NCBI GenBank assembly: GCA_963760795.1
Contig: CAVXEP010000014.1
Location: 19,500 to 83,499 of the forward strand
Length of the DNA: 64,000 nucleotides
Direction of reading: 5' to 3'
Origin: an uncultured delta proteobacterium
Lineage (GTDB): Bacteria > Desulfobacterota > Binatia > UBA9968
The stretch's first letter is position 1, and each line of letters begins with the position of its first letter. The position numbers and the translations under genes are program-made. Below, one piece after another: positions 10,822-20,667 of the stretch. The notes under the pieces were generated by a model. It searched no databases and was not told the origin of the DNA. It worked only from the letters and a program-made list of their open reading frames with translations.

Positions 10822-10962
10822 CTATTCCACAGCCGGGTCCGTGTCGACGGCGCCCACCGCTTCGAGCCAAGGCCGCGTCAAACCGAAGCGGGCGACCTCG
10901 CAGTCAATGGCGCCGGAACCGTAGAAGATGACTTTGATTTTGTCGCTGCGCTCCGTGCTCAT
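10822..10962 (-). pseudogene. 46-codon N-terminal fragment of a DapB/Ord-like NAD(P)-dependent oxidoreductase
   Basis: Manual translation MSTERSDKIKVIFYGSGAIDCEVARFGLTRPWLEAVGAVDTDPAVE*: Rossmann beta-alpha-beta with GxGxxG altered to GSGAID; not in the ORF track. Confidence 0.6.
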
Positions 10963-11026
10963 GGCAACGCCGGGTCTCGCCAATTGAACTTCCTGGTGCG
11001 TAAAACCAACCTCAGCGCTACCAAAG

Positions 11027-11986
11027 TCACGCTGCTTTCTTGTTCTGCCAGAGCGCCATTAACCGATCGCGCTCGTTTTTGTCTAGATGGCTAAGCGCCT
11101 GATCGACGATATCCATCCCCACCATCTGGTTCCACGCGCCAATGAGCCGTAGCGTTATCGGCCCCGGCGCGCCTTTGCCGATCTTGGCGCCATTGACCGT
11201 GCGGACCGGTACAAATGTCGGGCTGGTACTCGCTAGAAAAGCCTCTTCCGCGGTGTAAAGGTCGTAGGGCGTGAAATTTCCTTCGACGATTTCTAGGCCC
11301 AATTGCCTCGCCAGGCCGAAGACCGCCTCCTTGGTAATGCCGCCGAGCACGTTGCGGTCGGACGGCGTGCACAACTTGCCGTTGACCACGAGGAAGAAGT
11401 TATGCGCGCTGGTCTCGCTCAGGTTGCCATCGATATCAAGCATCAGCGGGATCGCCCGCGGGTCCACCTGCTTGGCCTCGAAGGATGCCATGTTATGGTT
11501 CATCTTGTTGGTAATCTTGGCTTTGGACTCAAGGCACTCTGGCGGTATGCGGCGTGTCGATGGAATGACGATGGGCGCGCCCTCGACATAAAAGCTTGCG
11601 AACTCGGGAAAATTTACGATCACCGAATAGACCGTCACGGTGGCCCCGCCGGCCACACGATTGCCCCTGGAAGAACGCACGCCGCGGCTCACCACTTGCC
11701 AAAGCGCGAGGTCTTCATTGGCGCGCAACTGCGGCTTATTGCGATCGAGCACTTGCAAGGTAATTTTTTCCATCTCTTCACAGGATAGGCCGCAGTCGAT
11801 GCGCGTGTACTGCAGCGAGCGGAACAGCCGCTCGGTATGCTCGCGCAAGCGAAAGGGCCTTTGATCAAACGTACGCGTAACGTCATAGACTCCGTCGCCC
11901 GCGTTGAAGCCGCTGTCCAAAACCGACACCTTCGCCTGGCTCTCCGGCACAAAGGCACCATTCAAATAGACGATCCGTTCTTCCAT
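11027..11986 (-). CDS. Class IV PLP aminotransferase (IlvE/Dat/PabC family)
   Basis: VYLNG.FVP...AKVSVLD.GF..GDGVYD, FRLREH..RL..S, catalytic K in KAKITN, LGGIT, AEEAFL.ST. Confidence 0.9.
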   Translation of the reverse strand: MEERIVYLNGAFVPESQAKVSVLDSGFNAGDGVYDVTRTFDQRPFRLREHTERLFRSLQYTRIDCGLSCEEMEKITLQVLDRNKPQLRANEDLALWQVVSRGVRSSRGNRVAGGATVTVYSVIVNFPEFASFYVEGAPIVIPSTRRIPPECLESKAKITNKMNHNMASFEAKQVDPRAIPLMLDIDGNLSETSAHNFFLVVNGKLCTPSDRNVLGGITKEAVFGLARQLGLEIVEGNFTPYDLYTAEEAFLASTSPTFVPVRTVNGAKIGKGAPGPITLRLIGAWNQMVGMDIVDQALSHLDKNERDRLMALWQNKKAA

Positions 11987-12117
11987 CGCTGATCTCCCTT
12001 CGAGCCGCGTCATTCAAAGCGGCGACCAAGCTATTTTCTACTGCCCAGCCATCGTCACTGTCAAGCCATGCCCGACTATTCAGCAGGATCTCGTCCAAGT
12101 CGTGCCGAGCAGGATGC

Positions 12118-12182
12118 AAAATCCCTCTAAGTCTCCCTTTACAAAGGGAGACATTCAAATGCCCCCGTTGGGCAAAGGAGGG
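12118..12182. repeat. Palindromic element (TCCCTTT..AAAGGGA family)
   Basis: aaatccctctaagtctccctttacaaagggagac...cccccgttgggcaaaggaggg. Confidence 0.5.
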
Positions 12183-12248
12183 AATTGAACAAGCGATACT
12201 CGTGAAATTCAATTACTAAGGTGGAACTGACTGTGATATTGCCGCGGC

Positions 12249-13256
12249 CTATTTGGCGAAAAATATCTGGCGAAATTCGTTGCTCAGACTCTTCGCCTCC
12301 TCCGCGCTGGGATTGTCCATGATCACCATGTTGGGGGCGACTTTCTCCGCACCTTGAATCGGCGGGTAGACGCCGGGGAAGAGCACGAACTCGCCGTCCT
12401 GGGCAATCAATTTTTGGCCGTCCGGCGAAGCCGCGTATTCGATGTAGAGACGTGCGGCGTTGGGCCGGGCCGCCTTCGCGGCCAACGCCAAATGGTTGGG
12501 ATCGGAAAGGTACTTGTCGAGAATGGAATAAGACACTGGCCCTTTGTACTGCTTGACGAACTTGATGTAAGCGATCCCGACATGAGCCTCGCCTTTGATG
12601 ACTGCCGGTGTCACCGGTGCCAGCGACTCGACCAACAGCGGCTGCTGTTTGGCGAGATTCTTTACGTAGTCGCGCCACTTTGCGCCCATGAGTTTTTCCA
12701 GGTTCCAGAGAAATTTCGCTGTCGTCGTATGCCGCGATGGGTCGGGCATGCTGATCTTGCCCTTCCACTTGGGCGCCAGCAGTTCCTCCAGTGATTTCGG
12801 CGCTTCGGCGGCCTTCACCAGATCGGTGTTGTAAAGAATGCTGATCGGCAGCAGGCGCCAGGGTGTGATCAGCGCATCCTTCTCCTTGAACTGTTCGGGG
12901 AATTTCTCCGACGAGGGAGGAATGTAACGGGCAAAGAGCCCTTCTGTTTTCATGATCGCCATCACGTCCCAACTCGACTCCACCACGTCGAAAGCCGGAC
13001 GGCCGGCGCGCCACTCCGACTGCGCCCGCTCCGCCACGGCCGTCGAGGAACCGCGCCAGTAGTCGACTTTGACGTCGTATTTTTTCTCGAAGTTTTTATG
13101 CAGCTCCTCCATCGCCTGAGGCACCACAGAGCCATAAACAACCACCCTGCCCTCTTTTTTTGCCGCCACAATATCGACGGGCTGTGACCGCGCGATCGCC
13201 GTGTTCAACAGGATCGATATGAGGAACATAAGCATAAAGCTGCCAGCGTTTTTCAT
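12249..13256 (-). CDS. Extracellular solute-binding protein (Fe3+/polyamine-type)
   Basis: AAKKEGRVVVYGS, YNTDLV...PKS.EELL.PKWKGKI, PNAARL.IE. Confidence 0.88.
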   Translation of the reverse strand: MKNAGSFMLMFLISILLNTAIARSQPVDIVAAKKEGRVVVYGSVVPQAMEELHKNFEKKYDVKVDYWRGSSTAVAERAQSEWRAGRPAFDVVESSWDVMAIMKTEGLFARYIPPSSEKFPEQFKEKDALITPWRLLPISILYNTDLVKAAEAPKSLEELLAPKWKGKISMPDPSRHTTTAKFLWNLEKLMGAKWRDYVKNLAKQQPLLVESLAPVTPAVIKGEAHVGIAYIKFVKQYKGPVSYSILDKYLSDPNHLALAAKAARPNAARLYIEYAASPDGQKLIAQDGEFVLFPGVYPPIQGAEKVAPNMVIMDNPSAEEAKSLSNEFRQIFFAK

Positions 13257-13361
13257 CGGTATGACCTTTCTTGCAAGTAACTAACCTCAGCTATCACAAA
13301 ACCTCGGCGGCTGCCCTGGGCAATGAACGGTTCGAAATACTTTCACTCATCCATCGGCGAG

Positions 13362-14375
13362 CTACTTCACCCCATGCGCGGCAAACAGCTTGTCGATATA
13401 GCCGCTGTCGTCGAGGCGGCGCAGGATTTGGTCGTCGACTAAGTCTTCCAACTTGATGTTGGCCAATTTTGGATTGCGCTGTTTCATCAACCTCTGGATA
13501 TTGCGCAAGCCTTCCATGGACGGAAACGGCTTCTTGTCCATGCCGATGAGCATATCGACGAAGCCCTCTTCCGCCTCCCGCTCGCTCACGTGCAGACGCC
13601 GCTGTAGCAACTTGATCGTCGCTGCTTTGTTCGGCGCGCCAAGCACGAAGGCGATCCCCTCCATCACCGCCTTCATAAAATTCTCCATGAGCTGGGGATT
13701 TTTCTGGATGTAAGCCTGGCGCGCAACGATGCTCGTGCTGGTGATCGGCAGGTTGGTCTTGTGCAGCTCGGCCAGAATCGGAAATCCCTTTTGGGCAAGC
13801 CGCTTGCTAAAAACCATATCGAGCACCGTGGCGTCGATGCGGTTATCTTCCAGCGCTTGACTGAGGACCACCTGGTCGCCGAGAACGAGAAATCGGATAT
13901 CGTCGCGGCTGGTGTCGATTCCCAACTTTTCCAAGCCGAGCACACCACCCATCCACAACGTGCCGCCGATGCTGGTCACGCCGAAGCGTTTGCCGCGTAA
14001 ATCTTCGGCGCTTTTGATGCCCGGCCGCGCCACCAAGTCGTAAGTCACACGGTTGGTCAGTACCGCGAGAATTTTTAGATCTATGCCCGCTGCCGAAGCG
14101 CCGAGCACCGCGGTGCCGCCGGTGTAGCCGATATTCATGTCGCCCGAAGTCAGCGCCGCCACCAACGTCGGCGCGCCGCGCACGAAGATCACTTGCGGCT
14201 CGATGCCATATTTTCGAAAGATGCCGTATTCGTCGGCGGCCCAGAGCGGCGCCGAGCGCGGCCCGATGGAAGCGTAAGCGATCGTCATCTTGTTGGGCGC
14301 CACCGCCGCATGACTGACAATCGCGCCGGTAAGAATCGCTAAAACAACCAGGATCAGCACTCGCAGGTCAAGCAT
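13362..14375 (-). CDS. ABC-type substrate-binding protein, SsuA/NMT1 family
   Basis: APLWAA..YGIFRKYG, DLRGKRFGV.SIGG, KPFPSMEGLRNI. Confidence 0.88.
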   Translation of the reverse strand: MLDLRVLILVVLAILTGAIVSHAAVAPNKMTIAYASIGPRSAPLWAADEYGIFRKYGIEPQVIFVRGAPTLVAALTSGDMNIGYTGGTAVLGASAAGIDLKILAVLTNRVTYDLVARPGIKSAEDLRGKRFGVTSIGGTLWMGGVLGLEKLGIDTSRDDIRFLVLGDQVVLSQALEDNRIDATVLDMVFSKRLAQKGFPILAELHKTNLPITSTSIVARQAYIQKNPQLMENFMKAVMEGIAFVLGAPNKAATIKLLQRRLHVSEREAEEGFVDMLIGMDKKPFPSMEGLRNIQRLMKQRNPKLANIKLEDLVDDQILRRLDDSGYIDKLFAAHGVK

Positions 14376-14513
14376 TTTTTCTTCTCCTTTCGCGATGCTG
14401 GCAGTGACGCTGGAAATCGATTACTTGGAGACTGCGCAAGCCGACGAAACTTAACTTAGAAGAAGCAACGGAGACCCGTCAAGGGCAAACCTGGGTAAGC
14501 AGAACGATTCCAA

Positions 14514-14543
14514 TTGACAGGATTTTTACCTTTCCTATACACT
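14514..14543 (+). promoter_or_regulatory. Putative sigma70 promoter
   Basis: TTGACA-N18-TACACT upstream of AAGGAG RBS and ATG 14580. Confidence 0.5.
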
Positions 14544-14579
14544 CCACGGCCTGTTAACCGTCATCTCAAGGAGCACGGC

Positions 14580-15587
14580 ATGAAATTGATCCAACGAATC
14601 TTACGAGCGATCCGAAGATCAAAACCGAGACCATTGATCGTTTTCGCCGCTCTAAGCTGGCTCGGCGTTACCTGGACCGGCGAAGCCGCGGCACAAAAAG
14701 TGCGCATCGCCATGCCGGCCAAAAGCATGACATTCTTGAATTTCTACGTCGGCGATAAGTTCGGCATCTACAAAGCCGAAGGGTTCGAGGTTTCCTTGGA
14801 AGTCATCAAGCCCGACGTCGGCGTCGCCGGCATGGTGGCCGGCGAAATCGACTATACTTCAGCCATCGGCACCGCTATGCGCGCCGCCGCCACCGGCGTG
14901 CCGACCAAGGCCGCCATGTTCACCATGGACAGGGTGGTGGTCTACATGTATGCGAAGCCATCGATCAAATCGATCGAAGAACTTAAAGGCGGCAAGACCG
15001 TCGCTTCCACCGGTCTGGTGGCAACTCCGACCTACGCCGCCAAGGCGATGGCGCGCGCCCATGGACTCAATCCCGACCGCGATCTCACTTTCGTTTTCAC
15101 CGGCGATGCCGGCAATTCGCTCACGTCACTGCTCAGCGGGGCGACCGATGTGGCAATGCTGTCCATGCCCTTCAACGTCAAAGCTGAGGAGATGGGCTTT
15201 CGCAATCTCGGCAACGCCATCGACTATCTGCAAACTCCCTTTGCCGGACTCGGCGTCACCGAAGCGAAGATCAAAAACAACCCGGCGCAAGTAAAGCGCA
15301 TGATCCGCGCCACTCTCAAGAGCGTGGAATTTACCAGGGACCCGGCGAATCAAGATAAGGTGGTCGCCCTACTGATCGACGAGTTCAAACTCGAACGCAA
15401 AGCCGCCACGGCGGCGCTGCGCGATCTCATCAAAGCCTTCAGCAAAGACGGCACGACTTCGGAAGACGCGGTGAAGTTGGAGATTAGAGACATCCGCGAA
15501 CAAGCCAAGATCAAAGCGGAGGTGCCGGTAAGCCAGTTGGTCGACTACAAGCTGCTCGAAGAGGTGCTGGCGGAAATGAAAAAGTGA
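14580..15587 (+). CDS. ABC-type substrate-binding protein, SsuA/NMT1 family
   Basis: Signal peptide, G.YKAEG.EV, GEIDY, QVKRMIRA.LK. Confidence 0.85.
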   Translation: MKLIQRILRAIRRSKPRPLIVFAALSWLGVTWTGEAAAQKVRIAMPAKSMTFLNFYVGDKFGIYKAEGFEVSLEVIKPDVGVAGMVAGEIDYTSAIGTAMRAAATGVPTKAAMFTMDRVVVYMYAKPSIKSIEELKGGKTVASTGLVATPTYAAKAMARAHGLNPDRDLTFVFTGDAGNSLTSLLSGATDVAMLSMPFNVKAEEMGFRNLGNAIDYLQTPFAGLGVTEAKIKNNPAQVKRMIRATLKSVEFTRDPANQDKVVALLIDEFKLERKAATAALRDLIKAFSKDGTTSEDAVKLEIRDIREQAKIKAEVPVSQLVDYKLLEEVLAEMKK

Positions 15588-16729
15588 AGGCACCGGCAAT
15601 GACTATTCATCTTTTTCGCGCCGTCCTCGCGCTGCAATTGCTTGTCGGAACAACTCACGCATATGCGGCCGAAGCCAAATCATCCTGGCAAGTCGAGTGG
15701 GAAAAACTCGTCAAAGCCGCCGAGGGCGAAGGCGAAGTCAACGTGTACGTCGTCGATTACCCGAGATTTGCCGTCAGCCAATTTCAAAAAGCATTTCCGA
15801 AGATCAAACTAAATATGATCGACGGCCCGAGCGGCCCGGCGCTGTCGTCGCGCTTGATGGCCGAACGGCGCGCTGGCAAGTACCAGGCCGATCTCTACAT
15901 CGCCGGCCAGGGCACGCATGTTTCGGTGCTCTATCCGGCAAAGGCATTGGCGCCGATGCCGGCGGCGTTCATCCTGCCGGAAGTCAAAGACGAGTCGAAG
16001 TGGTTCAAGGGTAAGCATCGCTTCGTCGATCCGGAAACCCGCCACTCGTTTGTCTTCCAGGGCCATCGCGGCCTCTATGTTTCCTACAACACCGGCCAGG
16101 TCAAAGCCGACGAGATCAAGTCGTGGGCGGATCTGATCAATCCGAAATGGAAAGGCAAGCTGATCGGCTACGATCCAGCGGTCGCCGGCGTGGCGCGCAA
16201 CGTGCTTTGGTACGTCTACAAGAATAAATTTCTCGGCCCGGACTTCATGCACAAACTCTACGGCGACATGGAAATCACGATCGCCCGCGACCAGCGCCAA
16301 CTGGTCGACTGGCTCGCCACCGGCAAAGCCGCGCTCTGCATCGCCTGCGACGACGCTGACATCAACGGCGCCAAGGAGAACAAGCTACCAGTGGAAACCT
16401 TCACCCAGACTTTGAAAGAAGGCGACTATGTCGCCGCCGGCCAAGGCGCCATCAGCATGCTCGCACCCCCACCCCACCCAAACGCCGCGCAAGCGTTTCT
16501 CAACTGGTTTCTCTCGAAGGAAGGCCAGACGATTTATCAGGAACAGTCGGTGAAAGCAGGCCAGCGAAACGCCAACTCCCGGCGCATGGACATCGCCAAA
16601 GACGTGATCCGCCCGGAATACCGCCTGAAAGATAGCGCCGAAGTCTGGGAGAACGGCCCCGAAGTCGACAAGGAAACCGCGGAGGCGACCAAGCTGTTGA
16701 AAGAAATCCTCGCCAAGCGGTCGAAGTAA
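15584..16729 (+). CDS. Extracellular solute-binding protein (Fe3+/polyamine-type)
   Basis: WEKLVKAAEGEG.V, MAERRAGKY.AD, DLINPKWKGK, PHPNAA..FLNWFLS.EGQ. Confidence 0.88.
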   Translation: MKAPAMTIHLFRAVLALQLLVGTTHAYAAEAKSSWQVEWEKLVKAAEGEGEVNVYVVDYPRFAVSQFQKAFPKIKLNMIDGPSGPALSSRLMAERRAGKYQADLYIAGQGTHVSVLYPAKALAPMPAAFILPEVKDESKWFKGKHRFVDPETRHSFVFQGHRGLYVSYNTGQVKADEIKSWADLINPKWKGKLIGYDPAVAGVARNVLWYVYKNKFLGPDFMHKLYGDMEITIARDQRQLVDWLATGKAALCIACDDADINGAKENKLPVETFTQTLKEGDYVAAGQGAISMLAPPPHPNAAQAFLNWFLSKEGQTIYQEQSVKAGQRNANSRRMDIAKDVIRPEYRLKDSAEVWENGPEVDKETAEATKLLKEILAKRSK

Positions 16730-16745
16730 TTGGATTCAGGAACGT

Positions 16746-16781
16746 GTTCCAGTCGTTCAAATCGTTCAAGTCGTTCCAATC
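16746..16781. repeat. 9-bp tandem array GTTC(C/A)A(A/G)TC x4
   Basis: gttccagtc gttcaaatc gttcaagtc gttccaatc. Confidence 0.8.
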
Positions 16782-16880
16782 GTCACAGGAAACGTAGGGA
16801 ACCAGAAAATTAACCGCAACGAACGCAATGGGCGCAAAAAATGTCCCTTATGGTAACTAAAATGTCCAAAGGAAATCTAT

Positions 16881-18107
16881 ATGCTCTCCCGTGAAGACAA
16901 TGAACTGCTAACACGAATCGAACCGGGCACACCGATGGGCAGCCTGTTTCGCCGCTATTGGATTCCCGCGCTGTTGGCCGAAGAGATCCCTACACCCGAC
17001 TGCGCGCCGGTGCGGGTGCGCCTGCTCGGCGAAGAGCTGGTCGCGTTTCGCGCCAGCGACGGCAAGATCGGCCTGTTGGGCGAGCACTGCGCCCACCGCG
17101 GCACGTCGCTATTCTTCGGCCGCAATGAAGATTGCGGCTTGCGCTGCATTTACCACGGCTGGAAATATGACGTCGACGGCCACGTGCTGGAGACGCCGGC
17201 GGAGCCGGCCGGCAGCCAGTTAAAAAGTAAAGTGCGCCACACCGCCTATCCCTGCGTCGAAGCCGGCGGCATCGTCTTCGCGTACATGGGCGGCAGAGAA
17301 AACCAGCCGCAATTCCCCAACTATCCTTGGCTCGGCGTGCCGCAACAACAGCGCTATATCGCCAAGAGTTTTCTCGAGTGTAACTATCTCCAAGGCCTCG
17401 AAGGCGACTGCGACTCGGCGCACCTGAACTTTCTCCACAAAATGTTCAAACCGGATGCTCGCCGGGAGTTTTTGAGTCTCGTCGATCAAGCGCCGGACTT
17501 CGAATTCGACGAACTGGACTGTGGGGTAAGGGCGGCCGCCATTAGAAGGTTGGACAAAGGCGCCACCTATGCGCGCGTCTCCCATTTCATCATGCCGTTT
17601 ATCGGCGCGGTTCCGGTGGGCTCCATGGTCGACGGGAGATTGGACGGCTTCAAAGCGGTCTATCAGGTGCCCGCCGACAACCGAAACACCTGGCGCTACG
17701 ACTTCTTTTTCAAATGGTCGCGACCGTTCAGTAAAGAAGACTCCTCCAAGCGTGATTTCGTCGACGCGAGCTATAAGAAACTACGCAACCAGCGCAACAA
17801 CTACCTGCAGGATCGCGAGCGGCAGAAAACGGTAAACTTCACCGGCATCACCGAGTTCTTGAACCAAGACGCCTGCGCCACTGAAAGCATGGGGGCGGTT
17901 GTCGACCGCAGCAAAGAACATGTCGGCGCCAGCGACGCATTCATTTTGCAAGTGCGCCGCTTCCTGCTGCGCGCCGTCAAGGACGTTCAAGCCGGTAAAT
18001 TGCCGCCGGGATTGATCTTCGAACGCGAGCAAAACGACCTGGCCCATCTGCGCTGCGAGGCCGCGCATCTGCCGGCGGGCGTCTCATGGCGCTCGCTCTA
18101 CGAGTAA
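16881..18107 (+). CDS. Rieske non-heme iron oxygenase, phthalate 4,5-dioxygenase-like subunit
   Basis: CAH-x16-CIYH Rieske ligands, DSAH..FLH iron site, QD....ESMG, R..EH.G.SD. Confidence 0.9.
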   Translation: MLSREDNELLTRIEPGTPMGSLFRRYWIPALLAEEIPTPDCAPVRVRLLGEELVAFRASDGKIGLLGEHCAHRGTSLFFGRNEDCGLRCIYHGWKYDVDGHVLETPAEPAGSQLKSKVRHTAYPCVEAGGIVFAYMGGRENQPQFPNYPWLGVPQQQRYIAKSFLECNYLQGLEGDCDSAHLNFLHKMFKPDARREFLSLVDQAPDFEFDELDCGVRAAAIRRLDKGATYARVSHFIMPFIGAVPVGSMVDGRLDGFKAVYQVPADNRNTWRYDFFFKWSRPFSKEDSSKRDFVDASYKKLRNQRNNYLQDRERQKTVNFTGITEFLNQDACATESMGAVVDRSKEHVGASDAFILQVRRFLLRAVKDVQAGKLPPGLIFEREQNDLAHLRCEAAHLPAGVSWRSLYE

Positions 18108-18175
18108 CGGCGAGAGATAAATTTAAGCTTGGTTAATCCGAAAAATTCCCGCGCACAGGCGGGACGGCCCAGACC

Positions 18176-18335
18176 CGTCATTCCGAGAAGTACGAGGATC
18201 TCAGAAAATTTCTCCACTCGAGCGAAATGACAGGCCACCAATTTCCCCCTGCGTCTTGGCGGGAAATAATCCGAGACTGACCGGTGCGCGGAGCGCACCC
18301 GACGAAACTTTGTGTTCTTTGCGTTCTTTGCGGCC
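18176..18335. repeat. Cluster of palindromic elements and a 9-bp CTTTGCGTT array
   Basis: gtcattccgag...cgaaatgac; ggtgcgcggagcgcacc; ctttgtgtt ctttgcgtt ctttgcggc. Confidence 0.55.
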
Positions 18336-18366
18336 AATTATCCGCTCGTCCCGCCGATCCGAAATT

Positions 18367-19419
18367 CTACCGATTCAAATATTTTTTCATCAGGCCGTTG
18401 ATGTAACCTTGGATCGACGGCGACACGACCAGGAGTTGGCGCAGCAGTTGCTCAGTTTCGCCGGCTGAAAGTATTTGCGCATCTTCACCGCTCACCCGCT
18501 TCAACTCCAGTTTGAACTCGGCGTCATCCTTCATGCGCGTAAAGCCGTCGCGCAGTTGGTGCAACAAGTGCGCCGGCGTCTTTGGCGCCGCATGCAGGGG
18601 CCGACCAACGCTGTCAGTGCCGGCAAATATGGTATAGGCCTGCCACGGCACACCGCTCGGCCGTTGCTCCTTGGCCACATCTTCGAACACCGGCACATCC
18701 GGGAACTCGCTGCGCCTTTGGAAGCCACCGTTCGCGCCCAACATGCCCTGCTGCACAAACGGATAGAAACCCTGGCCGATAAACTTCTGCAAGGTTGGTA
18801 AAGTCGCGGTTGGATAAATATCGGTTTCGTTGCGTTCAAAGGCGAGCTGAATCTCTCCGCCGCCGGGATAACCTTGCACCCACCGGACATTCCATTTGAG
18901 AAACTCCGCGCCCCAGAGAAAGATCGCGTTCCAACTTTCGTCGCCCGAGCGGACACCGACTTTGAGCGGCTCGCCGGCGCCGGTCAGACGCTCCAGGCTT
19001 TTTTTTCGGATCAGCGCCACCGACGTGCCGCGCCGCACGCTGCCGAGCGCCGGCCAGCGGGTCAGATCATGCTTGGCCTCTTTAACGCTCATGGCCTGCT
19101 GATTGATCGTCGTCGTGCTGGTGTAGTGCAGCGTCAAGCCATCGGGCTTGGCGAATTGCTCGAACCAATTGCTCGCTACCGTTCCTCCCGCCCCCGGCAT
19201 ATTTTGCACCATCATCGTCGGATGGCCCGGAATATAACTTCCCAAGAAGCGCGCCATCATGCGCGCCTCGGCATCGACTCCGCCGCCGCCGGGAAAGCCG
19301 GCGATGATGCGAATGGTCTTGCCCTTGAAATAGGCTTCCTGGGCGGACAAAAGATTTGTCTCAGGAAATAGAAGAATACATACGAACGAAACCACGCTAT
19401 AGCTGAATTTAATCCGCAT
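18367..19419 (-). CDS. TctC/Bug-family substrate-binding protein
   Basis: GGAGGA RBS; YFKGKTIRIIAGFPGGGG.D..AR, IPGHPT..VQNMPGAGG, AKPDGLT. Confidence 0.85.
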   Translation of the reverse strand: MRIKFSYSVVSFVCILLFPETNLLSAQEAYFKGKTIRIIAGFPGGGGVDAEARMMARFLGSYIPGHPTMMVQNMPGAGGTVASNWFEQFAKPDGLTLHYTSTTTINQQAMSVKEAKHDLTRWPALGSVRRGTSVALIRKKSLERLTGAGEPLKVGVRSGDESWNAIFLWGAEFLKWNVRWVQGYPGGGEIQLAFERNETDIYPTATLPTLQKFIGQGFYPFVQQGMLGANGGFQRRSEFPDVPVFEDVAKEQRPSGVPWQAYTIFAGTDSVGRPLHAAPKTPAHLLHQLRDGFTRMKDDAEFKLELKRVSGEDAQILSAGETEQLLRQLLVVSPSIQGYINGLMKKYLNR

Positions 19420-19533
19420 CGATGAATCCTCCGCGGCATATTTGAGCTGCACCGAAAACTCAGTCGGCGCAGCACCGAACCCCGGATGGGGAGAAACACA
19501 ACGTCATCGCTCCGGTTCGGGTTCCACGTCATG

Positions 19534-19631
19534 TCTTTAATGAGTTGATCTCCGACTTGTCAACACAACTACTAAACTTTTCGTTCCGCGATACAATTGC
19601 AATTGACAGAAATTTTGCACTTCCATAGACT
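19534..19631. promoter_or_regulatory. Divergent putative sigma70 promoters
   Basis: Minus strand: TTGACA (19558-19563) then TAAAGA about 18 bp downstream. Plus strand: TTGACA (19603)-N17-TAGACT (19626). Confidence 0.55.
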
Positions 19632-19891
19632 CCGCCTGATTCCTAAGGAACGAGCAACGCGAGCGGTAGGACAGCGGATGAGAATGGGTAGGACGGCAAC
19701 GAGCCATAGTCAGCGTTTGGAAGACTATTCTGGCGCTAACCGGTAAAGCGAGAAAGTCGACTCGGGTGCGTTGTTAATGTGACCGCTCAATTGCATCGCG
19801 CTCGCTTTTGCGGGGGGCCTTTGCAGATATTAGTCTCGGCAAGAGACCCGGTCGGGCAGCATGCACCGCTAGCGGCCTCCAGAGTGTCATC

Positions 19892-20377
19892 GTGATAACG
19901 ATTTGTCGTGCGCAGATAGATGACATCCACGGAATCAAAGCTGTCCTGGCGGCAACTTGGACTGATACCTATTCATCATTTCTCTCGGAGTCATCCATAG
20001 CCAGCGTGACGGCTGAATGGCATTCACCGAGCGTTCTTGCAGCCGAGATCCACCGGCCTTCAACCTTCACTGGCGTAGCCAAAAGCGTTTCAAGCGAAAT
20101 TGTCGGGATGATAACGGCACATTCACAGGGCGAGCTGTTACTCATCACTCGCTTGTATGTACTTCCCACGTATCAACGACAGGGTATAGGGGTAAGGCTG
20201 ATGGACGAAAGCTTCCGCGCATTCCCTCAAACACGGCGAGTGCAACTGGACGTTGAAGAAGAGAATCCTAAGGGGAGGGCTTTTTATAAAAAACTCGGAT
20301 TTAACGAGGTCCGTGTCAAAATCGATGATCTCGCAGGCACAAAACTAAACTCCATCGTGTTGGAGAAGCATATTTGA
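19892..20377 (+). CDS. GNAT-family N-acetyltransferase
   Basis: LYVLP.YQRQGIG..L (motif A), V...N.KG..FYKKLGF (motif B); GTG start at 19892 is a guess. Confidence 0.85.
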   Translation: MITICRAQIDDIHGIKAVLAATWTDTYSSFLSESSIASVTAEWHSPSVLAAEIHRPSTFTGVAKSVSSEIVGMITAHSQGELLLITRLYVLPTYQRQGIGVRLMDESFRAFPQTRRVQLDVEEENPKGRAFYKKLGFNEVRVKIDDLAGTKLNSIVLEKHI

Positions 20378-20613
20378 CTACTATCTAACCTGCGCTGCGC
20401 TCGGCCGCGTCTGAAACGAAACGTTCAGCTCGAATCTATCTCTCCGACGTTTCCCATCGCATCGAACTAATCGATCGCATCCATTTTTCATCGTCGCGCC
20501 GCTAAATATTCCGGGAACGGCGGCGTAGAATCGTTTTTCTGAGGAAAGGCATCAGGCCCCTTCGTGGGATCAAACTTCACCCTCCGCCTTCATCCTTAAT
20601 GCACCACTTCTCC

Positions 20614-20643
20614 TTGACAGCTCCGCTCGCCCGGAAATATGAT
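20614..20643 (+). promoter_or_regulatory. Putative sigma70 promoter
   Basis: TTGACA-N18-TATGAT ahead of GGAGG RBS and ATG 20668. Confidence 0.6.
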
Positions 20644-20667
20644 CCGCCCAATCGAAGGAGGCCACCC

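Noticed and set aside
19640-19890. Leader peptide or sRNA upstream of the GNAT gene
   Set aside because: There is a 22-codon ORF and one weak aaagcgag/ctcgcttt stem, but nothing distinctive enough to support a call.
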